The notes beneath the pieces were generated by a model. The model searched no databases and had not been told where the DNA came from. It was given only the letters and a program-made list of their open reading frames with translations. Source: Candidatus Hydrothermota bacterium (GTDB lineage Bacteria > Hydrothermota > Hydrothermia > UBA1063). Taken from it: a stretch of DNA of 37,138 bases. Both the position numbers and the translations under genes were made by a program. How positions within the stretch are numbered: position 1 is the stretch's first letter; every line of letters starts with the position of its first letter. The stretch is from assembly GCA_003644895.1 (NCBI GenBank), contig QNDO01000001.1, positions 1 to 37,138 on the forward strand. Reading direction: 5' to 3'. Positions 17,712-26,825 of this stretch are shown here, one piece after another.

Positions 17712-17727
17712 GACCGACCAGTCGGTC
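17712..17727. promoter_or_regulatory. Candidate TetR operator GACCGAC-ca-GTCGGTC (perfect 7+7 inverted repeat)
   Basis: Read directly. It lies 3 nt downstream of the -10 element and 3 nt upstream of the TetR-A ATG. Confidence 0.65.
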
Positions 17728-17730
17728 AAA

Positions 17731-17759
17731 ATTATATAATAAGTCTTGCATAATGTCAA
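17731..17759 (-). promoter_or_regulatory. Consensus sigma-70 promoter of cassette A (TTGACA-17-TATAAT)
   Basis: On the minus strand, TTGACA is the complement of 17754-17759 and TATAAT is the complement of 17731-17736, with a 17-nt spacer counted base by base. Confidence 0.7.
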
Positions 17760-17832
17760 AGGAGATTTTTAAATATACATTGTGCATTATAAGATTTATG
17801 TAAAATCTACATTCTCGGTGAGAATATCAGGT

Positions 17833-17861
17833 TTGACTAACCTAAATCAAGACCTTATAAT
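17833..17861 (+). promoter_or_regulatory. Sigma-70-type promoter for rplT (TTGACT-17-TATAAT)
   Basis: TTGACT lies at 17833-17838 and TATAAT at 17856-17861. A GGGAGG SD follows, then the rplT ATG at 17891. Confidence 0.65.
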
Positions 17862-17890
17862 TTGTGCACTTTTGAAAGGGAGGAATTAGT

Positions 17891-18250
17891 ATGCGTATTA
17901 AAACAGGATTTACCAGAAGAAGAAGACATAAAAAAATTAGACGAATGGCAAGGGGATATTATGGGCAGAAATCCTCTACCTTTAAAAAGGCCAATGAAGC
18001 GGTTTTGAAGTCTCTTCAGTATGCGTATGCCCACAGGAAGAAAAAGAAAGCCGAAATGAGAAAACTATGGATAATAAGAATTAATGCTGCTTGTAGAGAA
18101 GAGGGATTGAACTATTCCACTTTCATCAACGGCTTGAAGAAAGCTGGAGTGAATTTAAACAGGAAAGTTCTGGCTGATATTGCGGTAAGGGACCACGAGG
18201 CCTTTCACGAACTTGTAGAAGTTGCTAAACAGCATGTCCAGACTTCATGA
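17891..18250 (+). CDS. rplT: 50S ribosomal protein L20
   Basis: 119 aa and basic, with the blocks [17 protein letters not shown] and [32 protein letters not shown]. Confidence 0.95.
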   Translation: MRIKTGFTRRRRHKKIRRMARGYYGQKSSTFKKANEAVLKSLQYAYAHRKKKKAEMRKLWIIRINAACREEGLNYSTFINGLKKAGVNLNRKVLADIAVRDHEAFHELVEVAKQHVQTS

Positions 18251-19217
18251 GATTGAGCTTCTCGGGGAGGAAATCGAAAAAGAATGGAAGAAAGTAACTT
18301 CACCCGAGGAGCTGGAAAATTTCAGAATTGTATTTTTTGGGAAAAAGGGGAAAGTTACTTTATTTTTAAAATCCCTTAAAGAATTTGCCCCCGAAGAAAG
18401 AAGAGAGGCAGGAAGAATACTTAATGAGTTAAAGACCAAATATTTGGGTCTCATACAGGAGAAGAAAGAAGAGTTCCTTCATAAACTCCCCACAAAGAAA
18501 TTTGACCTTCATCTTCCTGGAAGAGCGCCTGAGGTAGGCAGGGAACACCCACTAACCAAGGTAGTCAACGAAATTCTGGATATTTTTGTGGGGCTTGGTT
18601 TCGAAGAGGTTGGTGGTAAATTTTCACCGGATGTGGAGTGGGATTATTACAACTTTGAAGCATTGAATATTCCTCCATATCATCCCGCAAGAGAAATGCA
18701 TGATACATTCTTCATAACAGAGAGGATGCTTCTCAGAACCCATACATCTCCTGTTCAAATAAGGGTAATGGAGAAAAGACGACCGCCTTTAAGAATTGTA
18801 ACAGTAGGAAAAGTTTATAGAGTGGACCCTTTTGATGCATCCCATGCTCCTGCCTTCATGCAGATGGAGGGACTTTACATTGACAGAGATGTTTCTTTCA
18901 GCGAATTAAAAGGAACCCTTGAGGTTTTCGCCAGAGAGTTATTTGGACCCGAAACACAGATAAAGTTTGTTCCTTCCTATTTCCCTTTCACGGAACCGAG
19001 TGCAGAGGTATATGCAAAGCTTGGTGGTGAATGGATGGAAATTCTTGGCTGTGGAATGGTTCACCCGAATGTTCTGAAAAATGTGGGTTATGACCCCGAA
19101 AAATGGAGTGGATATGCCTTTGGACTGGGGATAGAGAGGATAGCGATGATTAAATATGGAATCGACGATATAAGATTATTCTATGAAAACGATGTGAGGT
19201 TTCTTAAACAATTATGA
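18234..19217 (+). CDS. pheS: Phenylalanine--tRNA ligase alpha subunit
   Basis: It has class II aaRS motifs (HPLT..., [63 protein letters not shown]). The first ATG is at 18234 (the track's TTG is at 18222), and it overlaps the end of rplT. Confidence 0.93.
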   Translation: MSRLHEIELLGEEIEKEWKKVTSPEELENFRIVFFGKKGKVTLFLKSLKEFAPEERREAGRILNELKTKYLGLIQEKKEEFLHKLPTKKFDLHLPGRAPEVGREHPLTKVVNEILDIFVGLGFEEVGGKFSPDVEWDYYNFEALNIPPYHPAREMHDTFFITERMLLRTHTSPVQIRVMEKRRPPLRIVTVGKVYRVDPFDASHAPAFMQMEGLYIDRDVSFSELKGTLEVFARELFGPETQIKFVPSYFPFTEPSAEVYAKLGGEWMEILGCGMVHPNVLKNVGYDPEKWSGYAFGLGIERIAMIKYGIDDIRLFYENDVRFLKQL

Positions 19218-21568
19218 AGGTACTTTACAATCTTTTAAAACAATATATAGATTTTGATCTTAATCCCATTGAACTCAAGGAGACCTTTGAGAATCTGGGA
19301 ATTGAGGTGGAGGAATTTTATTATCTTGCTGAAGGATTGGAAGGGAAAGTAACCACGGGTATCGTCGAGGAGATAAAGGACCATCCCAGTACGAGGGATT
19401 ACAAGATTGTTAGAGTTTATACAGGCCAGAGGACATTACAGGTTGTGAGTGGAGCACCCAACTTAAGAAAAGGAATAAAGGTTGTGGTTGCTTTACCCGG
19501 TGCAGTTATCAAAGGAGTTAGAATAGGAGAGAAAAATATTAAGGGGGTAACCTCGGAAGCTAATATCCTATCGCTTGAGGAACTCGGTCTGGAAGAGGAG
19601 TCTCCGGGTATCCTCATCCTAGATGATGATTTTAAAGTGGGTGAATCTCCGCTTGAGAAGCTTGGACTGATAGATTGGGTTTACGATCTTTATATCTTTC
19701 CGAATCGTCCCGATTTAATGGGTGTTTTAGGCCTTGCTTATGAGCTCAGAGCAGTAACAGGGAAAGAGGTGAGAATGCCCCGAGTGGGCATTGAGGAAGA
19801 TGAATCCGTCGGATTATACCCTGTTGAGATACTGGATAAAGAGGGGTGTCCTAGGTATACTGCTAGAATAATAAAAGGTGTGAGGGTGAAAGAATCCCCC
19901 TTCTGGCTGAGACGTACTCTTTTTCTACTTGGCCAGAGACCCATAAATAATATTGTAGATGTGACAAATTTTGTAATGCTAGAACTTGGTCATCCTCTTC
20001 ATGCTTTTGACCTTGGAAAACTAAAGGATAAAATAATTGTAAGGAGGGCAGATAAAGGAGAGAAGATACTGTGTCTGGATGGAGTTGAAAGAGAGCTAAG
20101 TGACGAAATACTGGTAATAGCAGATGCGGAGAAACCAGTTGCAATTGCAGGGATAATCGGTGGTGAAGATACAGGTGTTACTGAAGAAACAGAAGATATT
20201 CTTATTGAGAGTGCACATTTTGACAGAGCAAGGATAAGAAAAGGGGTGAGTATCCTTGGAATAAAGACAGAATCATCCCGTAGGTTTGAAAGGGGAAGCG
20301 ACCCTGAGATTCCCCCTCTAGCTTCACGAAGAGCTGCAAAACTTATTCTGGAGATCGCAGGGGGAAAATCGGGTTTGATCAATGATGTAAAGTATATTAC
20401 TTTAAAAGATAAAAAGATAACAGTATATTTTGATAAATTTAACAGGTTTGTGGGAGAAGAAATTGAACCCGCTACTGTGAAAAATATACTTGAAAACTTT
20501 GGTTTCTTACTACGTAGTGATAATGAAAAACTTGAGGTTTTTGTTCCACCGAGGAGAAGAGACCTTGAAGTATGGCAAGATATAGCAGAAGAAGTTTTAA
20601 AAGTTTATGGATACGACAGGGTTAAAGGGAAGATTTCATCTGGTGGTAGTTTCACGGGAAAGAAATTTAAATCCGCTGCTTCCCTTATCAGAGATCTTGC
20701 CACAAAATCTGGTTTTTATGAGATCAAAACAGTTGAGTTCTCCAATCCACTGGAGCTTGAAGAATTCGGTTTCTGGAAAGAAGAGGCTGTACCTCTGAAA
20801 AATCCTCTTACGCAGGATGCTTCGGTTTTGAGAATGAGCCTTATCCCAGGAATTTTGAGATTTGCATCCCTTAATTTAAGAAGAGGACAGAAATTCGTAA
20901 GAGGATTTGAGGTTGGCAAGGTCTTCTTCTGGAAAGGCGAGGATAAACTGCCAGAAGAAAAGATGCATTTTGCTGCTATTGTAGCAGGCCGCCTTGAAAA
21001 AAAATGGTACAATATGGAAAGGGATGTTGATATTTATGACCTTACCGGTTTGATAGAAATTCTCAAGAATGAATTTAAACTCCGAATAGACGTAGAAGAG
21101 AGAGAACTCAAAGGTCTTGTTAATTCGGGAATTATCAGGATTGAAGGGAAAGATGTCGGTGTCATAGGTGAAATCACTCCTCAGGTAAAGAAATATTATG
21201 GCATCAAAATGCCGTGTTTTGTCATGGAGATGGATATTTCTTCTTTCTCAGTTCCAGAAAAGAAATATGAGAAATTTTCTCTTTATCCTTCCACAAGAAG
21301 GGACCTTTCGATACTTTTGGATAAGGAGAAAAGTTATCTCGAGATAAAGTTAACAATAGATAGAATCCTGCCAGATTTAGTGGAAAAATATGAGGTGATC
21401 GATGTATATTCGGGTAAGAATATCCCTGAAAACAAGAAGAGCATAACCATAGCCTTTTATATTCGCAGCAAAGAAAAAACTCTTACACAAGAGGAAGTGG
21501 ATGCAGAATTTAGTAAGATAATTAATGCCATTAAAAATGCAGGTTTTGAAATAAGGGGATTAGAATGA
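19214..21568 (+). CDS. pheT: Phenylalanine--tRNA ligase beta subunit
   Basis: 784 aa with an N-terminal tRNA-binding OB domain, B3/4 and B5 domains, and a C-terminal FDX-ACB-like domain. It has an ATGA overlap with pheS. Confidence 0.93.
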   Translation: MKVLYNLLKQYIDFDLNPIELKETFENLGIEVEEFYYLAEGLEGKVTTGIVEEIKDHPSTRDYKIVRVYTGQRTLQVVSGAPNLRKGIKVVVALPGAVIKGVRIGEKNIKGVTSEANILSLEELGLEEESPGILILDDDFKVGESPLEKLGLIDWVYDLYIFPNRPDLMGVLGLAYELRAVTGKEVRMPRVGIEEDESVGLYPVEILDKEGCPRYTARIIKGVRVKESPFWLRRTLFLLGQRPINNIVDVTNFVMLELGHPLHAFDLGKLKDKIIVRRADKGEKILCLDGVERELSDEILVIADAEKPVAIAGIIGGEDTGVTEETEDILIESAHFDRARIRKGVSILGIKTESSRRFERGSDPEIPPLASRRAAKLILEIAGGKSGLINDVKYITLKDKKITVYFDKFNRFVGEEIEPATVKNILENFGFLLRSDNEKLEVFVPPRRRDLEVWQDIAEEVLKVYGYDRVKGKISSGGSFTGKKFKSAASLIRDLATKSGFYEIKTVEFSNPLELEEFGFWKEEAVPLKNPLTQDASVLRMSLIPGILRFASLNLRRGQKFVRGFEVGKVFFWKGEDKLPEEKMHFAAIVAGRLEKKWYNMERDVDIYDLTGLIEILKNEFKLRIDVEERELKGLVNSGIIRIEGKDVGVIGEITPQVKKYYGIKMPCFVMEMDISSFSVPEKKYEKFSLYPSTRRDLSILLDKEKSYLEIKLTIDRILPDLVEKYEVIDVYSGKNIPENKKSITIAFYIRSKEKTLTQEEVDAEFSKIINAIKNAGFEIRGLE

Positions 21569-21741
21569 AGGAGAAAATAGAAGTATTGGAGAAAAAAATA
21601 GAAATTTTATTGAATGAGTTTGAAAAGGTGAAAAGGGAGAACATTGAGCTCAAAGAGAGACTCCAGAATATTCTCGAAAAACTTGAAAATGTTGAAAAAA
21701 AACTTCAAAATACAATTAACAAACTGGATGCAATACAATGA
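21565..21741 (+). CDS. 58-aa all-coiled-coil protein (ZapB-like / cell-division-associated candidate)
   Basis: My own translation gives MKEKIEVLEKKIEILLNEFEKVKRENIELKERLQNILEKLENVEKKLQNTINKLDAIQ. ATGA overlaps link it to pheT upstream and zapA downstream. It is below the length cut-off of the ORF track. Confidence 0.6.
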   Translation: MKEKIEVLEKKIEILLNEFEKVKRENIELKERLQNILEKLENVEKKLQNTINKLDAIQ

Positions 21742-22040
21742 ATCTTGAGCTCTTTAACACAAACAAAACTCGTGGAAAAATTACCATAAAGGGAATAAAT
21801 TATGAGTTTGAAACAGATCTCACCCCAGAAGAGTTTGAATATTTGAGTAATTATATTTCAGAAAAAATCAAAGAGCAGGAAGATAGAATGATGTTCATGC
21901 GGAACAATGTAGAGTTTGTTTCAGTATTAATCGCTGTGATTTACGAAATTGCAAGAGAGCTGATACTTTTAAAGAAAGAGCAGAGTGAGTTAGAAGAAAA
22001 ACTGGAGAGAATATACAAGAGGATTGAAGCATGTGTATAG
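21738..22040 (+). CDS. zapA: Cell division protein ZapA-like
   Basis: 100 aa with an N-terminal beta domain (ITIKGINYEF) and a C-terminal coiled coil. The position downstream of pheT is typical for zapA. Confidence 0.7.
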   Translation: MNLELFNTNKTRGKITIKGINYEFETDLTPEEFEYLSNYISEKIKEQEDRMMFMRNNVEFVSVLIAVIYEIARELILLKKEQSELEEKLERIYKRIEACV

Positions 22041-22119
22041 CCCCCAAAAAGAGAATTGTGGGTAGATGTCTCAAGTTGGAAGGAAGCTCTGCTGGTAAGA
22101 GGGGGGTTGAAGGAGGTGA

Positions 22120-23370
22120 ATGGAGTTGGAGTTCATGGGTTTGGGAAAATCTGAAGGAAGAGAAAAAGATGTTTTTGTACTTCTTTCGCAAAAAGTGGCC
22201 CCAGGGACCCTTGAAGAGTTTGTGGGCCAGGAGCATCTTATTGGCAAGGGGAAGCCGCTTAGAGTTCTAATAGAAAGAGGTCAGTTAAGGAGTTCTATCT
22301 TTTTCGGTCCCCCCGGGACAGGGAAGACAGCTTTAGCCCGAATTATAGCCAATAAAGTAAATGCAGATTTTTATGAACTCAATGCAACGAGATTAGAAAG
22401 GGGACAGCTTAAAGAAACTGTAAAAAATCTCGGCAAATTAAGCAAAATAAAGGGTGTTCCCCCTGTCCTTTTCATGGACGAGATACACCGACTTAATAAA
22501 TTACAACAGGAATATCTACTCTCTTTTACAGAAGATGGCTCCATAATCCTAATAGGCTCCACTACTCATAATCCATTTTTTGCTGTTTCCAAGGCGCTTT
22601 TATCCCGCTCACTTATCTTTGAATTTAAGCCGCTTTGCAAAGAACATATAGTGGAAATACTCAAACGAGCGAAGAAGCTGCTCAAAGAGGAAAAGGGGGT
22701 GGATTTCCCCGACAAGATTCTGGTTAAGTTGGCTGAAGTCAGTGAAGGTGATGCCAGAAGAGCACTGAATTATATGGAAGTGCTCTCCATTATAAGTCTT
22801 GAAAAGGGTGTTAAGCAGATTACTCAGGAAATGCTGAAAGAACTTCTTCCCGGAAGAATTTTATCCCTCACGGAAGACGAGCACTACGATATGATATCCG
22901 CTTATATAAAATCAATAAGAGGAAGTGATCCCGATGCTTCGGTATACTGGCTTGTTAGATTACTGGATGCAGGTGAGGATCCCCTCTATGTTCTGAGAAG
23001 ACTCTTTGTTCATGCCGCAGAAGATATAGGCCTTAAGAATCCAGATGCTATCCGTGTTATAGCAGCGTGTAAAGAGGGTTTCGAAATGGTAGGGAGACCC
23101 GAGGGAGATCTTTTACTGACCCTTGCCACTCTATATCTTGCTACCTCCCCGAAATCTAATCGGGTACTTAGGGCCCTGGGCAGAGCAAGAGAAGTTGTTT
23201 CAAAAACAGGAAATCTGGAAGTTCCCCTTCATCTGAGAGATTCCCATTACAGTGGAGCAAAAAAGCTGGGAAGAGGAAAGGGATATATTTATCCCTATGG
23301 CAAAAATAAGGGTGTGAAGCAGCAATACCTGCCAGATGAAATAAAAGATGAGAAAATTTATGAGGAATAG
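22120..23370 (+). CDS. rarA: Replication-associated recombination protein A (AAA+ ATPase RarA/MgsA)
   Basis: It has the blocks [15 protein letters not shown], Walker A GPPGTGKT, Walker [20 protein letters not shown], and a C-terminal MgsA_C block (HYD.ISA.IKS.RGSDPDA..YWL). A GGAGGTG SD is present. Confidence 0.92.
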   Translation: MELEFMGLGKSEGREKDVFVLLSQKVAPGTLEEFVGQEHLIGKGKPLRVLIERGQLRSSIFFGPPGTGKTALARIIANKVNADFYELNATRLERGQLKETVKNLGKLSKIKGVPPVLFMDEIHRLNKLQQEYLLSFTEDGSIILIGSTTHNPFFAVSKALLSRSLIFEFKPLCKEHIVEILKRAKKLLKEEKGVDFPDKILVKLAEVSEGDARRALNYMEVLSIISLEKGVKQITQEMLKELLPGRILSLTEDEHYDMISAYIKSIRGSDPDASVYWLVRLLDAGEDPLYVLRRLFVHAAEDIGLKNPDAIRVIAACKEGFEMVGRPEGDLLLTLATLYLATSPKSNRVLRALGRAREVVSKTGNLEVPLHLRDSHYSGAKKLGRGKGYIYPYGKNKGVKQQYLPDEIKDEKIYEE

Positions 23371-23381
23371 GAGGTAAGGAG

Positions 23382-24935
23382 ATGATACTAATAGGAGGAA
23401 TTGTAGCAGGAATCATAGTTGGTTTTGTTCTTGGTTTTTTTTATTTTAAGTTGATCCATAAGAAAAATATAGAAGAAGCTTATGGAACCAGGGAAAAAAT
23501 TATAGAAGAAGCAAGGAGAGAAGCAGCAAATATCAGAAAACAAGGTGAGATTCAAGCTAAAGATTACTGGTTTAAAGAAAGAAGAAAATTTGAAAAAGAG
23601 ACTTATGAAATAAGAAAGGAACTGGATCGAGAAAAGAAAAAACTGGAGGAAAAAGAAAATCAGCTTGAGAAAAAGAATGAGGCCCTGTCTCGAAAAGAGA
23701 GGGATTTGAAAAATTTTGAAATGGAACTTAAAGAAAGGGAGAGGGTCCTAAAAGCCAAAGAGGAAAGACTGAATGAACTCCTAGAGGAGGAGGCCAGGAG
23801 ACTAGAAGAAGTTGCAAGACTCACGAGAGAGGAGGCCAAACAAGAATTACTCCGAAGTCTGGAACAGCAAGCTAGATATGAAGCTGCTCAGCTGATATAT
23901 AGAATTAGAGAGGAAGCTAAGGAAAAGGCAGAAAAAGAAGCAAGGGAAATAGTTGTTCAGGCAATACAACGGGTAGCAACGCCTCTAGTTCAGGAAAATA
24001 CCATCACTGTGGTTCCCATTCCTTCTGATGATCTAAAAGGTAGGATTATTGGAAGGGAGGGTAGGAATATAAGAGCCTTTGAATCTGCAACTGGTGTGGA
24101 AGTTATAATTGATGATACACCTGAAGCAGTTATACTTTCTTCCTTCGACCCCATCAGAAGGGAAAAAGCCAAACTGGCCCTGGAAAAATTAATACAGGAT
24201 GGAAGAATTCACCCTGCAAGAATAGAAGAAGTAGTCCAGAAGGTTGAAGAGGAATTCGAAGATCACTTAAAGGTTATTGGTGAAGAAGCTATGGTAGAGC
24301 TGGGATTGGGAGGATTTCATGTAGAATTATTAAGGCTTGTGGGGAAAATGAAATTCAGGACCAGTTATGGCCAAAATCTTCTTCAACACTCCAAGGAGGT
24401 TGCATACATAGCTGGGATTATGGCAGGAGAACTCGGACTTTCTGTTGAACTTGCGAGGAGGGCTGGACTTCTACATGATATTGGAAAAACTGCAGATGAA
24501 AGTTACGAGGGCCCTCACGCCCTAGTAGGTGCACAGATCGCCAAGAAATTTGGAGAAAACGACCTTATAGTAAATGCTATAGCCTCGCATCACGGTGAGG
24601 AGGATGCCAAGAGCCCCATTGCAGTACTTGTGCAGGCAGCAGATGCCATTTCTGGCGCAAGACCTGGTGCACGAAGGGAGAGCATAGAGGCCTATATAAA
24701 GAGAATCGAAAAGCTAGAGGAAATCGCTGCAGGATATACTGGTGTTGAAAAGGCTTATGCCCTCCAGGCCGGAAGGGAGATAAGAATAATAGTGGAAGCC
24801 GACAAGGTAAGTGACACAGATGCCTTCAATCTAGCAAAACAAATAGCACAAAAAATAGAAGAGGAAATAGACTTCCCCGGTCAGATTAAGGTTACAGTTA
24901 TCAGAGAGACAAGAGCAGTGGAGTATGCCAGGTGA
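23382..24935 (+). CDS. rny: Ribonuclease Y
   Basis: It has an N-terminal TM, a long Glu/Lys coiled coil, a KH domain ([15 protein letters not shown]) and an HD domain ([10 protein letters not shown]...LLHDIGK). Confidence 0.95.
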   Translation: MILIGGIVAGIIVGFVLGFFYFKLIHKKNIEEAYGTREKIIEEARREAANIRKQGEIQAKDYWFKERRKFEKETYEIRKELDREKKKLEEKENQLEKKNEALSRKERDLKNFEMELKERERVLKAKEERLNELLEEEARRLEEVARLTREEAKQELLRSLEQQARYEAAQLIYRIREEAKEKAEKEAREIVVQAIQRVATPLVQENTITVVPIPSDDLKGRIIGREGRNIRAFESATGVEVIIDDTPEAVILSSFDPIRREKAKLALEKLIQDGRIHPARIEEVVQKVEEEFEDHLKVIGEEAMVELGLGGFHVELLRLVGKMKFRTSYGQNLLQHSKEVAYIAGIMAGELGLSVELARRAGLLHDIGKTADESYEGPHALVGAQIAKKFGENDLIVNAIASHHGEEDAKSPIAVLVQAADAISGARPGARRESIEAYIKRIEKLEEIAAGYTGVEKAYALQAGREIRIIVEADKVSDTDAFNLAKQIAQKIEEEIDFPGQIKVTVIRETRAVEYAR

Positions 24936-25714
24936 TAAGGATTCTCTTCATCGGGGATGTTGTTGGAAAGCCGGGAAGAAGAGTAGTTAGAAGTTTACTA
25001 CCCGAGATTAAAGAACGTTATAAGATTGATTTTACCATTGCCAACGGCGAGAATGCAGCGGGGGGTGCAGGTCTCACCAGAAAGGTTGCGGATGAGCTAC
25101 ATAATTATGGCATTAATGTCCTGACAAGCGGTAACCACATTTGGGATAATAGAGATATTTTCAGTTTTATAGACAGTGTTGATTGGGTATTGAGGCCCTA
25201 CAATTATCCTCCTGAAGCACCAGGGAGGGGGTATGGAGTTTTCGAATCCAGAAGGGGGATACATATTGCTGTTATTAACATAATGGGGAGACTTTTCACA
25301 GGTTATTTTGACTGTCCCTTCCGGGCTATTGAAAATGTGTTGGAGAAAGACCTTCCCGAAATCAAAATTATAGATTTCCATGCAGAGACCACGGCTGAGA
25401 AACAGTCTTTTGCTTTTTATGTAGATGGAAGAGTTACTGCTGTAATAGGTACACATACTCATGTCCAAACTTCAGATGCGAGAATTTTACCTAAGGGGAC
25501 TGCTTATATTACTGATGTGGGGATGACGGGGGGACTTAACAGTGTAATAGGAGTTAAAAAAGAACTTTATATCAAACGATTTAAGACATTATTACCCGTT
25601 GCGTTTGAACCATCAAAGGAGAGATTGGGACTTGAAGGGGTTGTTCTTTCTCTGGAGGAGGCTTCTGGTAAGGTGATAGATATATTTTCCATAAGGGAAC
25701 TCTTGGATGAATAA
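24932..25714 (+). CDS. ymdB: YmdB-like (TIGR00282-type) metallophosphoesterase
   Basis: It has the blocks [38 protein letters not shown], and [23 protein letters not shown]. It has a GTGA overlap with rny, and the rny-ymdB pairing is conserved. Confidence 0.9.
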   Translation: MIRILFIGDVVGKPGRRVVRSLLPEIKERYKIDFTIANGENAAGGAGLTRKVADELHNYGINVLTSGNHIWDNRDIFSFIDSVDWVLRPYNYPPEAPGRGYGVFESRRGIHIAVINIMGRLFTGYFDCPFRAIENVLEKDLPEIKIIDFHAETTAEKQSFAFYVDGRVTAVIGTHTHVQTSDARILPKGTAYITDVGMTGGLNSVIGVKKELYIKRFKTLLPVAFEPSKERLGLEGVVLSLEEASGKVIDIFSIRELLDE

Positions 25715-25729
25715 AGGTAAACTTTCCAA

Positions 25730-26773
25730 TTGATTGAAGAAGTAAAAGATTATATAAAAGAGCTTGGTATTGAGATTTTTGCTATAATAAAACCCCTTGA
25801 TTTTAGTTTTCGGAAAGATTATCTCATCCGATGGATTTCAAGCAGATTTCATGGAGAAATGGATTATATGGCCAGGAATCTGGAAAAAAGACTCTCACCT
25901 GAAAAACTGTATCCCGAGGTCAAAAGCATTTTGATTGTTGGAATTCCCTATGACACTCTAAGATGGAATGATATAGATAAGAAAGGTAGAGGCTTAATTT
26001 CAAAGTATGCAATCCGCAGAGATTATCATAGAGTCATCAAGAAAAAATTGAAAAAAATTCTGTCCTTTTTGAGAGAGAAAAATTCAGAAATTCAAGGTAG
26101 AATTTACGTAGATTCTGCTCCGGTTCTTGAGAAAGAACTTGCAAGATTAGCAGGAATTGGGTTTATTGGTAAAAATACCATGTTAATCAGCAAAAAATTT
26201 GGATCGTATTTTTTCCTAGGAGAGCTTTTTCTAAATATAGAACTGGAGGAGATAAAACATCCACCTGTACCGCTTCTTTGCGTCTCATGTAAAAGATGTG
26301 TGGAGGCCTGCCCTAGCGAGGCCATTGTGAAACCTTACATACTGGATGCTTCCCGTTGTATAAGTTACCTTACAATAGAATATAGAGGAATAATAAAAGA
26401 TGAGCTGGAAAATCAGATGGGACAATGGATTTTTGGATGTGATGAATGTCAGGAAGTATGTCCATTTAATAGGAAGAATAAACCACTTGAAGTCAGTTTA
26501 ATACCTGATGAGAAAAGACTCGCCAATATAAAGCTAGAGGAGTTGATTTTACTCAGAAAAGAGGATTTTGAGGAGATCTTTAAAGGCACTCCGGTTAAAC
26601 GAGCAGGTTATGAGATGTTCATGAGGAATGTATTTATTGCTGCAGGTAATTCAGGTAAGAAGGAACTTCTTCAGAGTTTAAGAAAAAGAGAAAAAGATTT
26701 TCTACAAAACCCCATCGTTTACCATCATCTTTTAAGGGCAATTAAAAAGTTAGAAAATAACTGTTCTGAATAA
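25730..26773 (+). CDS. queG: tRNA epoxyqueuosine(34) reductase
   Basis: It has the blocks GEMDYM, SAPVLEK.LA..AG.GFIGKNT..I, two ferredoxin-type clusters (CVSCKRCVEACP, CDECQEVCPFN), and a C-terminal HEAT-like tail. The start codon is TTG with a weak SD. Confidence 0.85.
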   Translation: MIEEVKDYIKELGIEIFAIIKPLDFSFRKDYLIRWISSRFHGEMDYMARNLEKRLSPEKLYPEVKSILIVGIPYDTLRWNDIDKKGRGLISKYAIRRDYHRVIKKKLKKILSFLREKNSEIQGRIYVDSAPVLEKELARLAGIGFIGKNTMLISKKFGSYFFLGELFLNIELEEIKHPPVPLLCVSCKRCVEACPSEAIVKPYILDASRCISYLTIEYRGIIKDELENQMGQWIFGCDECQEVCPFNRKNKPLEVSLIPDEKRLANIKLEELILLRKEDFEEIFKGTPVKRAGYEMFMRNVFIAAGNSGKKELLQSLRKREKDFLQNPIVYHHLLRAIKKLENNCSE

Positions 26774-26825
26774 TATCGTTATATACTCTCTTTGTTTTTC
26801 CGGACGAAATCCTTATAATTTTTGC

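Noticed and set aside
19999-20382. This is a 127-aa minus-strand ORF inside pheT. Others lie at 19417-20144 and 20716-21012.
   Set aside because: They are antisense shadow ORFs of pheT with Ser/Pro/Ile-rich low-complexity products.
22041-22119. I looked for a 6S RNA (ssrS) downstream of zapA, as in the E. coli zapA-ssrS arrangement.
   Set aside because: The spacer is only 79 nt, too short for a 6S RNA of about 180 nt. I saw no extended closing-stem complementarity.
21895-22270. Two overlapping ORFs (113 aa on the minus strand, 79 aa on the plus strand) cover the zapA-rarA junction.
   Set aside because: They overlap zapA and rarA out of frame or antisense. The rarA start at 22120 with a GGAGGTG SD explains the region.
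25238-25249. GTTTTCGAATCC resembles a tRNA T-arm/T-loop.
   Set aside because: It sits in frame inside the YmdB-like CDS (GVFESRRG). No acceptor or anticodon stem complementarity is present around it.
25097-25468. This is a 123-aa minus-strand ORF inside the YmdB-like gene.
   Set aside because: It is antisense to a gene with all the metallophosphoesterase motifs, and it has no independent signals.
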